DNA of 64,000 nt from Candidatus Bathyarchaeota archaeon (GTDB taxonomy: Archaea; Thermoproteota; Bathyarchaeia; Bathyarchaeales; Bathycorpusculaceae): positions 544,001-608,000 of the forward strand of contig CAWHXY010000007.1 of assembly GCA_963833575.1 (NCBI GenBank), given 5' to 3'. Numbering within the stretch: position 1 is the first letter of the stretch; every line of letters begins with the position of its first letter. A program made the position numbers and the translations under genes. Under the pieces are notes generated by a model. The model saw only the letters and a program-made list of their open reading frames with translations. It was not told where the DNA came from and searched no databases. Of the stretch, positions 10,239-18,261 are shown piece by piece.

Positions 10239-10595
10239 ATGAAAAAGCTTTCGAAGTCTTTATTCATGAACGTGCCTGTAGAATCCTGTTATGACATAAT
10301 AAGGACAACTGACCCTTCTCGGTACGTAAGCGATTTAGTTAGTTTTTGGTCACTAGGTTTTAGCAAGGAAATTCCAAATGCTCTGTTGGTTTTTGAATGC
10401 AGAGACAATCAAGGGCGATATGTTATTACTGAGATTTCATTTCTTAAAACAACTGATTCCTCGTGCGAACTCACATTAAATTTCTCTTATGACCATATGG
10501 ATGGAAGATATTCGGGGTTAATTCTTACTCAAATAATTAATGGGTACACACTATTAGACCATGCATACAACATTGGAAAATCTACGAAAGGATGA
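10239..10595 (+). CDS. Hypothetical protein (possible SRPBCC-like fold)
   Basis: 118-aa ORF; strand-helix...strands-helix pattern. Confidence 0.6.
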   Translation: MKKLSKSLFMNVPVESCYDIIRTTDPSRYVSDLVSFWSLGFSKEIPNALLVFECRDNQGRYVITEISFLKTTDSSCELTLNFSYDHMDGRYSGLILTQIINGYTLLDHAYNIGKSTKG

Positions 10596-10698
10596 AGAAG
10601 TTTTAATCCACCACCTCATCGTGGCTCAATTACTGATTACTAATTCCTAAAGCAGAAATAGCGTTAAATCAATTCGTCAATAGAACTAGGCGAACTGC

Positions 10699-11082
10699 TT
10701 GAGTGATGTAAAGAAACGTGGAAAGCAAATAATCCATTGTGAAGTGCAAGACGGAAAAGACTGCCCTCACCAAAATCGCCTTGTCTACGACGAGGCTTTC
10801 TATAAAGAAGTTAACGGAGATTGCTTTGATTATGAAAATGAAATGGGAAAGCAAATTTTGTTACATTTGCAAGATCTTACAAAGAGAGTTTATCGCAAAT
10901 GTCCAAATTGTGGGTCATTAATTCCAGAGATTGAGTTACACACTGAAGACAGGATATTCACTCTGACTTGCACGAAAATAGCGAATAGGAAAGGGAAAGT
11001 GATAGCTGAAACTGAATACGAACAGTTGAAAAAATATTTGCATAGCCATAACAAAAATCTACGCACTAAGAAAACAAACTGA
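10699..11082 (+). CDS. Hypothetical Cys-containing (zinc-ribbon-like) protein
   Basis: 127-aa ORF with CPNCG and additional Cys. Confidence 0.55.
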   Translation: MSDVKKRGKQIIHCEVQDGKDCPHQNRLVYDEAFYKEVNGDCFDYENEMGKQILLHLQDLTKRVYRKCPNCGSLIPEIELHTEDRIFTLTCTKIANRKGKVIAETEYEQLKKYLHSHNKNLRTKKTN

Positions 11083-11100
11083 TGCAATTGTAATACAGTG

Positions 11101-11128
11101 ATAGTATAGTATTAATCGAGTGTACGCG
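11101..11128 (+). repeat. 28-bp dif-like site, copy C
   Basis: atagtatagta-ttaatc-gagtgtacgcg; 21/28 identical to copy B. Confidence 0.6.
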
Positions 11129-11230
11129 AGGCTCAAGAGAACAAAAAAGAAAAATGAATGCAATAGGTCAGTTTCGCTAAGTAAACCTTATATTTTAGTA
11201 TTGAGTATTACGATATAATAGGTAATACGT

Positions 11231-12028
11231 ACGGGTAGGAAAAAAAGCATTTCTCTAATTGCAATTATAATCTTAGTGGTAAGCATTGGAGTTGTCTCAG
11301 CTGATCAAGCAGGCTTCATTACAATTAACATATTTAACAGTCCAGGACAAGTAGACGTTAACGCTTCAAATAGCACAATAACTCAGAATGTAACACTTAG
11401 TAACTCAACATTAAACCTAAATGTCAACGGTCAAAACATAACAATAAGCACACAACCGACTCCAACGCCCACATCAACACCTTCACCCACACCGCTTCCA
11501 GATGTTAAAGTGTCAATTCCCATTGGCACCTCTCCTACGTATTTTGCTCAAAATTACAATTCGACTTTGTATGATAATAATGGAGATGCGTATGCTGCTT
11601 TCTTTTACAGTTACTACCTTAATGATACAAGCATAAGCCAAGCGAGTTACTTCGCCAATTTCGCGGTTTCAGGGGAGGATTTTCAGTCGGCTAATCAGAC
11701 GGCTTCTGGTGTAGCAACAGTTGACGGAAAGGTTGTGCCCAGTTGGCACGTTTTAAATACGCAACTACTCTATGATAGATTCCGAAACGTCATTGAATAT
11801 AACGACGGCAATATTAATGGAGCAACCTCCACAAATAATACGCTTCTATCCACCCAAATAACAAATCAAATAGGCAAAGTCATTTCTATTGCTGAGGGTA
11901 TAACGATCCCTGGCAACTACTTCGTAATTACTTTGGATTTTCCAACACAATTGACACCTGACCAGCAACTTGTTCTTAACCAGATCATAAACGGTTACGT
12001 TATCTTAGAGCTTGGACTACCAGGATAA
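11231..12028 (+). CDS. Secreted Thr/Asn-rich protein with PT linker; apparent non-canonical start
   Basis: In-frame signal peptide (T)GRKKSISLIAIIILVVSIGVVSA begins at ACG 11231; PTPTPTSTPSPTP linker; many NxS/T sequons. Confidence 0.7.
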   Translation, partial: TGRKKSISLIAIIILVVSIGVVSADQAGFITINIFNSPGQVDVNASNSTITQNVTLSNSTLNLNVNGQNITISTQPTPTPTSTPSPTPLPDVKVSIPIGTSPTYFAQNYNSTLYDNNGDAYAAFFYSYYLNDTSISQASYFANFAVSGEDFQSANQTASGVATVDGKVVPSWHVLNTQLLYDRFRNVIEYNDGNINGATSTNNTLLSTQITNQIGKVISIAEGITIPGNYFVITLDFPTQLTPDQQLVLNQIINGYVILELGLPG

Positions 12029-12351
12029 TTGTTCAACTTGTTTTTTAATTAAAACTTAAAGCAAAAAAATTGAGTAAAGGCAGGCTTTATGAAGAATTAA
12101 TTCCAATTGAACAATTATCCTATAAAGGGTATATTACTCCTGAACTTGTAAATGCTAAAATAAAACAAATTTTAGATTAAGTTAAAAAAGAAATGTCGCC
12201 TTTCGTCGAAAAATGGGTCAATAAAGAAAACGAGTCTGATTGGAAAGCAACCTGTGAAGCTATGGACAAAAGAAATATGGCGAGAGAAAATTGGTTTATT
12301 AAATGGTTTGGTGAATAAAAGTCAATAAAAAAAAGAAAACTGTTTTTTTTA

Positions 12352-12552
12352 TTATTGGCCATGGTGCATCATACCCATGCCCATACCGCCTCCTTCTTTG
12401 CGTTTTGCCATCATGCCTTCTCGCCAATTCTGAATAAGTCCTGGTATTACATTGCTCATCATTTCCGTGTCCATTTTGATTAACTCCATTGCTGCCTGGT
12501 TGATTTCAAGCTCAAAAGTTAATTTTACTTTACCGTTCTTTTCTGCTTCCAT
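12352..12552 (-). CDS. Small Met/His-rich hypothetical protein
   Basis: Strong RBS GAGGAGGTG; C-terminus GGGMGMGMMHHGQ. Confidence 0.7.
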   Translation of the reverse strand: MEAEKNGKVKLTFELEINQAAMELIKMDTEMMSNVIPGLIQNWREGMMAKRKEGGGMGMGMMHHGQ

Positions 12553-12774
12553 AAATCCACCTCCTCAAAATCAAAGTTGAAAACTGGCTTCAGTTATTTA
12601 ATTGGTTAACGATTGAATGTTTTAAAGTTAAGTGGCTGTGTCGATACAACAACAAAAGGTTTTATGAAAAATGACGGTTTTTCAGTAGATTGGAAAATTG
12701 GCAATGATCAAATTTTACAAATCTGCCTGAAATTTATCGAAGAATTTTTTAGCATTTGAATTACCAAAAAACAA

Positions 12775-13407
12775 TTAGTCAATTAGGAGTAGAGCGAAAG
12801 TTTCAGGGTTTTTAATGAAAGGTAAAGTGAATTTTATTCCGGCTTTTTCTGCTGTAGCTTTAACGTTTACGCCGACACCTTCTTCAGAATAACGCTTTGC
12901 CATTGGATGAATGCAGAGTCCTTTTTCCACATTACATTTTTCGCATAATGTGCATGATCCTGAGACCAGACCCGTTGCGAGAAGGTAGCCTTTTGCAGCT
13001 GCTATTTTTTCGAGCTGAATCACGGTTTCACGGAGTTTTTGAGCGTCAATTTTCCAGGCTGACCAAAAATTGTCAACTTTGGATTTTATCTCTTTAGGAA
13101 TAGTTGGGTCTTCAGTTTTTGCGAGGTATTTTATAAGTTCTGGTTCTGCTTGGGCTTGAGATTCAAATTTCATGAAGAGAGCGTAATGGTATTCGCTGAC
13201 GATTTTTCTAAATTTCTCAGGTGTAGGTGCGTAAGGTGGGCAAGCTAATGTTTTTCCATATTTTTCGCAGCCTAGTTGACATTTGAAAACAACACGCTCT
13301 TCGATAACAATTTTTTCCACAGGAATTATCTTTGCATCTGCTGCTCCCAATTCTAAAGCGTGTTTTCGAAGAAAATCAAAAGAACTCAACTCATTATTTT
13401 GTGTCAT
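12775..13407 (-). CDS. DUF2284-family Cys-rich metal-binding protein
   Basis: KC-x3-C..YG..CPP and GSCTLCEKC..CIHP..RYSEEGVGVNV motifs. Confidence 0.85.
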   Translation of the reverse strand: MTQNNELSSFDFLRKHALELGAADAKIIPVEKIVIEERVVFKCQLGCEKYGKTLACPPYAPTPEKFRKIVSEYHYALFMKFESQAQAEPELIKYLAKTEDPTIPKEIKSKVDNFWSAWKIDAQKLRETVIQLEKIAAAKGYLLATGLVSGSCTLCEKCNVEKGLCIHPMAKRYSEEGVGVNVKATAEKAGIKFTLPFIKNPETFALLLID

Positions 13408-13419
13408 AAAATTCAGGCT

Positions 13420-14529
13420 TCAAGTGGTTTTTGTTTTTGATTTTTTTGGTTGGTAGACGCATGCTGGGTCTTGATTTAATGGGTCTTTTGAATAGATGAA
13501 TGCTCGAGCTCGGCAGCCGCCACAGATAGGTTTGAATTCGCAGACGCCGCATTTTCCTTTTAATTTGGTACGGTCTGCAAGTATCTTGATTTTTTCAGAT
13601 GTGCGCATTCGATCTGTGATTTGTTCAATACTGTCTGTTTTAATGTCACCGAACTCCAGGTTGAGGGGGGCGCAGGCGTAGGCTTTGCCATCTTCCAGAA
13701 TCTCGAGCCACTCATTTTTTACAAGGTTGTCACACATGCTGCAGGTGCTTCGCAGTAGCCGTTCAGGCTCTTTTGTTTTTAAAATTCGGTTATTGAACAT
13801 TTCATAGGGAACAATTAGAATTTTGTCTTTTACTTTTTTGTTCATTTCGTAGACTTCTTTAAGTTGTTTTTCTTTTTGCTGTGGCGTTGGTTCTAGTGGA
13901 CCTAGTAGTTTGAGTTGGTTTTCAACGTCTATGGGTTGGGGAATTAGGGAAGCTAAATGGAAACCGCGTGCTCCTAACTCAATTGCGAGTTCGATTAAAG
14001 CGGGAACTTCGTCAATAACGTATTTTGTGTTGATTACGCTGATGGCAAATTGAATACCGAATTTTTTGCATAGCTTTGCGGCATTTATGCTGTCCTCAAA
14101 GGCAGCTTCACCTCGCAGTTTAGCATCGGTTTCTTTGAGCCCTGAGAGGCAGACAATAGCTTTGCAATTGGCGGCGGCAAGTTCTTTTGCGACCTTTCGA
14201 TCAAAGTGCCAACCAGTAACTTTCACGTAAGGAGACAGACCTAATTCGGCAGCATAACGAATGAGCTCTATGAAGTCTTTTCGCATTAATGGCTCGCCAG
14301 TCCAGCCTGCACCGGTAATGAATAGGTTGTCTACTCCGAAATCTGCGGCTTTCTTAAGCATCGACTTTGCTTCAGCGGTGGTTAGTTCATTTGGAAGAGG
14401 TTTTCCATCTGAAAGACAAAATGCGTGTTTAACTGGATAGGCTCTGGTGCATGACCAAATAAAATGGTCTAATTTTCTGCCATGTTTTTCGGCGCCAAAA
14501 ATTAATTTAGATTCTGACTGCGAAGACAT
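13420..14529 (-). CDS. Radical-SAM/SPASM-fold protein (AhbD/NirJ/PqqE-like) lacking the CxxxCxxC motif
   Basis: W..TRA-Y-PVK-H-AF-C in place of C-xxx-C-xx-C; ELTTAEA, GEPLMR; intact SPASM CGVCEFKPICGGCRARA..DPAC. Confidence 0.85.
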   Translation of the reverse strand: MSSQSESKLIFGAEKHGRKLDHFIWSCTRAYPVKHAFCLSDGKPLPNELTTAEAKSMLKKAADFGVDNLFITGAGWTGEPLMRKDFIELIRYAAELGLSPYVKVTGWHFDRKVAKELAAANCKAIVCLSGLKETDAKLRGEAAFEDSINAAKLCKKFGIQFAISVINTKYVIDEVPALIELAIELGARGFHLASLIPQPIDVENQLKLLGPLEPTPQQKEKQLKEVYEMNKKVKDKILIVPYEMFNNRILKTKEPERLLRSTCSMCDNLVKNEWLEILEDGKAYACAPLNLEFGDIKTDSIEQITDRMRTSEKIKILADRTKLKGKCGVCEFKPICGGCRARAFIYSKDPLNQDPACVYQPKKSKTKTT

Positions 14530-15885
14530 TTAGTTTGCTCCCTTTCCAAGAGAATGTTGAGTGATTTCTTTTGTGATGTTTTTGGTGTGACCTGGAATCT
14601 CCATTTTTCCGCTTTTGTTAGGTTTCATCAAATCGTGAGTTGCGTTAACTAGTGTAGGAAGTTCAGACGGAGATTTGATGAATATAGCACCTTGTTTTCT
14701 CATCTCCTCCATCAGAGCTGTTGCTTTGCCAGCGGTAAAATCTCGACTTTCTAGGGGCACTTCATCGATGACGTAAGTTCGGATCCCCATTTTTACGGCC
14801 TCAAGTGCCGATTCCAAATTTGAGAGATTGCCGTACCCAAACGGAACAGAAGAGACAACAACAATAGCAGCTTTACTTATCATTTTTAGATTCGCATGTT
14901 TTGTCTCCTCAGTTATCGGCGAAAAAGGTGCCTCATTCACGTTAGGAATCTTGAGAAGCTCGGCGGTCTCATAGTCGGTGTCTAACATGTTAAGTACACC
15001 AGCTGTCACTTCATAGCCTTCGTCGACCAATGCCTTCATTACGACAGTTCCCGTTCCTGCTCCACAGATGACGTGGATCGAACAGTTACGCGGTTTTGAA
15101 GGTTTGTCAGGTGACAACGGAATAATATAGAGTGAATTCGTGACCAAGCTTTTTTTGACTAAGGCATCAACTTGGAATACGCTTTTTATGTTCTGGCTTG
15201 TCAACACTTCATCTAAAGTTCCTGCTGCAAAGACCGTTTTTCCCTTAAGCAATAGAGCTGAGCTACAGTAGCGTGCAGCCAAATTCAAGTCATGGATAAC
15301 CGCTAAAACGATCATGTGTTCTTTCAGGCACAGTTCCTTGACTAAGTCCATGATTTCTAACTGATTGACCATGTCCAAATGTGTCAATGGCTCATCGAGC
15401 AAGAGCACTTGAGGTTCTTGAGCTAAGGCACGAGCAATGACCACCCGTTGTTTTTCTCCACCGCTTAATTCATTTATAGGCCTGTTTGCGAGCTGCCAAG
15501 TGTTAGTCCGTTCCATTGCTTTCTTAACGATAGCCAGATCCTTTTCGGATTCCATCTGGAACCGATTCATATGCGGATTGCGACCCATTAAAACAATATC
15601 TAAAGCTGTAAAACTGAAGCCTATTGTGCTTTCCTGAGGAACAACAGCCATGTGTTTAGCGAGGTCGACACTTTTTATGTTGTAAATATCCTTCTTATCT
15701 AAAAGTATAGTTCCTTTGTAGGGTTTTAACGTTCGACTAATGCTTTTAAGCAAAGTCGTTTTTCCTGAACCGTTAGGGCCAAGGATGCCAACGAAGTCGC
15801 CCTCTTTAACTTGTAGGCTGACGCTATCCAAAATAGTTACTGAACCATAGCGGCACTCAATTCCATCCACGCTAAGTAACACCAA
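14530..15885 (-). CDS. btuD: Cobalamin/iron-chelate ABC transporter ATPase with extra C-terminal domain
   Basis: GPNGSGKT, LSGGEKQR, LLLDEP, HDLNLA; about 190-aa C-terminal extension starting IHVICGAGTG. Confidence 0.88.
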   Translation of the reverse strand: MVLLSVDGIECRYGSVTILDSVSLQVKEGDFVGILGPNGSGKTTLLKSISRTLKPYKGTILLDKKDIYNIKSVDLAKHMAVVPQESTIGFSFTALDIVLMGRNPHMNRFQMESEKDLAIVKKAMERTNTWQLANRPINELSGGEKQRVVIARALAQEPQVLLLDEPLTHLDMVNQLEIMDLVKELCLKEHMIVLAVIHDLNLAARYCSSALLLKGKTVFAAGTLDEVLTSQNIKSVFQVDALVKKSLVTNSLYIIPLSPDKPSKPRNCSIHVICGAGTGTVVMKALVDEGYEVTAGVLNMLDTDYETAELLKIPNVNEAPFSPITEETKHANLKMISKAAIVVVSSVPFGYGNLSNLESALEAVKMGIRTYVIDEVPLESRDFTAGKATALMEEMRKQGAIFIKSPSELPTLVNATHDLMKPNKSGKMEIPGHTKNITKEITQHSLGKGAN

Positions 15886-15902
15886 AGTCCACCCAACCCT
15901 CC

Positions 15903-16991
15903 TTACAGTGAATAGCTTGTCTTTCTTTTCCTTAGCAAGTAGATAAAGAATGGGGTTCCAGCTAAAGCAGTTATGACGCCAACTGGCAACTCTGAAGCTC
16001 CTGTTGCAACTCGGGCTAAAGAATCACAGAGAATCAGGAATATGGCTCCCACAATTGCTGAAGTAGGCAGTAGAATTCGATGGTCAGGTCCGATTACGAG
16101 CCGTGTCATATGCGGAATGATTAGTCCAACGAATCCTATGACTCCGCTTATCGAAACTGCCGCCGCAGTTATTAAAGAACTTACAAGCAGAAGTATTTGG
16201 CGCACTCTCTCCGTGTTTACGCCTAAATGTTGGGCTGTGTCATCTCCCATCGCAAGCATGTTAAGATCTTTAGTGAAGAAATACGCTATGAAAATTCCTA
16301 CAAAAACAAATGGAAAAACCGCGTAAATATCTATCCAAGTGATGTTTGTAAATCCACCAGCTATCCACGCTACAATGCCTATTAGCGCTTTTCCAGATCG
16401 CAGTTCAAAAACTGTCTGAACAGCTAAAATAAATATATTTACAACAATACCAGAAAGAAGCAAGGTAGTTACCGGCACTTTGTTTCCAACTCGCGACATA
16501 AAATAAACCAGAAAGACCGTCAAGACGGCTCCAACAAAAGCGACAGCCTGAAACAGCCCCAGCCCCCAAACAGAGAGAGCAAGAGAACCAGAATATATAA
16601 CAGCCAAAGTATATCCCAAAGAAGCCCCGGCTGAAGCCCCTAAAAGATAAGAGTCAGCCATTGGATTTCTGAAGACGCCTTGATACATGACTCCGGCAGC
16701 AGCTAATCCAGCACCAACCAAGGCACCTGCTATTATTCGAGGAAGCCGAATTTGAAGAATTATGGTATCGTAATTATGCTTAAGAACGACTGCTGAGTAT
16801 TTTATGGACCCCCCAAGAAAAGGAATCTGCTTACCAAGTATGGTTAATATATCAGAAAAATTGATGGGGGCGTACCCTATGTTGAGGCAAAAAAAAGCGA
16901 CACCGAAGAATGCAAGAATTAGCAATAATAAGATTAGTTTCCATCTTGAGGAACGTTTTGAATATTTGAATTCTGCATTATCCGCAGTCAT
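15903..16991 (-). CDS. btuC: Cobalamin ABC transporter permease (FecCD/BtuC family)
   Basis: IRLPRI, QGVFRNPMAD, GVIGFVGLIIPH, ELPVGVIT. Confidence 0.9.
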   Translation of the reverse strand: MTADNAEFKYSKRSSRWKLILLLLILAFFGVAFFCLNIGYAPINFSDILTILGKQIPFLGGSIKYSAVVLKHNYDTIILQIRLPRIIAGALVGAGLAAAGVMYQGVFRNPMADSYLLGASAGASLGYTLAVIYSGSLALSVWGLGLFQAVAFVGAVLTVFLVYFMSRVGNKVPVTTLLLSGIVVNIFILAVQTVFELRSGKALIGIVAWIAGGFTNITWIDIYAVFPFVFVGIFIAYFFTKDLNMLAMGDDTAQHLGVNTERVRQILLLVSSLITAAAVSISGVIGFVGLIIPHMTRLVIGPDHRILLPTSAIVGAIFLILCDSLARVATGASELPVGVITALAGTPFFIYLLRKRKTSYSL

Positions 16992-17009
16992 ATCTTAACA
17001 CAAGAAAGG

Positions 17010-17993
17010 TTAAGAGGTTGAATTAAAGAGTGTTGGATAGAATGCTTTTGCGGCTGCTGCGATTTGGTCGCCGATTCTTGGTCCTGCTTCAGCAAAGAGG
17101 TCTCCGTCGACTACGATTATTCGATTGTTTTGCACTGCGCTAATTGAGCTCCAGCCTGGCCTATCTTTTACTTGCTCGACGCTTCCGTAGAATGGTGTGT
17201 CTCCTGGGTTTGCCATGTCTGTAGGTAGCAAAATAACGTCAGGGTTCTTTGCGACAATGGTTTCTGAACTTACGGTGGGGTATTGTTGGGTTTCGTTTTC
17301 GAAAATGTTTTGTCCTCCAGCTTTCTCAATTACATCGTTTATGAATGATGTTGAGCCCGCTGACATTAATGGAGGAGTCCATACTTCATAGTAGACTAGT
17401 GGTTTGGTTAGGTTGGCGGCTGCTATCTTGGCAGTTATGGTACTGATTTGGGTGTTTATGGAGTTGATAAGTGTGGTTGCGTTTTGGTTTGCGCCTGTAG
17501 CTTGGCCTACCATGGTGATGTCTTTGAGTACGCCGTTAACGTCATTGGGATTTAAGACGAGCACTTTTTCGCCTAGGCTTCGCATGGTGACGACGTCTGG
17601 GTCATTTATTGGTGTGGCTAGGATTAAGTCTGGGTTGAGTGAGGCTATGGTTTCTTTGTTTGGGGTTGAGAAGCCTCCGACACTAGTCATGTTGCCGGCG
17701 GCTATCCATGCGGTGAAGTTGTAGGGGTAGTGGTCGTAGTCTGTTACGCCGACGACTTTGTCGCCAACGCCTACAGCGAATAGGATTTGTGTGTTGCTTG
17801 GCGCAAGTGAAATTATTCTCTGGGGAGTTGATGTTATGTTGGTTGCGTAGCCTTCGTCATCTACTACGGTGATGGTTTTTGAAGTGGATGTTTGGTTTGA
17901 TTGCCCGTTATGGTATGCGTAAATAAAAGCTCCTGAAGCAATTGCCAGTATTATTATTACGGTAACAACATAGATGAGGGTTTTATTTGCCAT
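17010..17993 (-). CDS. btuF: Cobalamin-binding protein of ABC transporter
   Basis: PQRIISLAPSNT, LNPDLIL, NPDVI, AVQNNRI, GPRI; N-terminal membrane anchor; adjacent to cbiZ. Confidence 0.85.
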   Translation of the reverse strand: MANKTLIYVVTVIIILAIASGAFIYAYHNGQSNQTSTSKTITVVDDEGYATNITSTPQRIISLAPSNTQILFAVGVGDKVVGVTDYDHYPYNFTAWIAAGNMTSVGGFSTPNKETIASLNPDLILATPINDPDVVTMRSLGEKVLVLNPNDVNGVLKDITMVGQATGANQNATTLINSINTQISTITAKIAAANLTKPLVYYEVWTPPLMSAGSTSFINDVIEKAGGQNIFENETQQYPTVSSETIVAKNPDVILLPTDMANPGDTPFYGSVEQVKDRPGWSSISAVQNNRIIVVDGDLFAEAGPRIGDQIAAAAKAFYPTLFNSTS

Positions 17994-18012
17994 TTTGAAT
18001 CACTTTATAGAG

Positions 18013-18029
18013 GGATGGATTATCCAACC
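18013..18029. promoter_or_regulatory. Candidate corrinoid-regulon operator (GGATGGA-N3-TCCAACC), copy 1
   Basis: Imperfect palindrome between the btuF TATA (18033-18040, minus strand) and the btuF start; 15/17 identical to 44119-44135. Confidence 0.65.
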
Positions 18030-18261
18030 TAGTATAATAAACTTTCTAAGCTCGCAGGCAACGTAATCTAACCATTTGAAAAAGAACTTTTTCTTGGAGT
18101 TTGTCTTTAGGCGATTTTTTCATTAAATTTTATTAAGCAACACTGCAAGCTATGCCCAAAACGCAAAGTTCTAAATTCGATTTCGCCATAGTTTGAAACA
18201 CTCTGAACTTAGCTAATGCTTATATTATTTCAAATTCAAAAAATTAGCCGCTGGGAATAAA

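Noticed and set aside
9402-11128. CRISPR array or integron attC interpretation of the 28-bp repeats
   Set aside because: The intervening segments are 0.7-1 kb and gene-containing, and there are no cas genes; no RYYYAAC/GTTRRRY boxes with a long hairpin
17994-18261. Cobalamin riboswitch upstream of btuF/cbiZ
   Set aside because: The btuF TATA is only about 40 bp from the start; no B12-box or GC-rich structure seen
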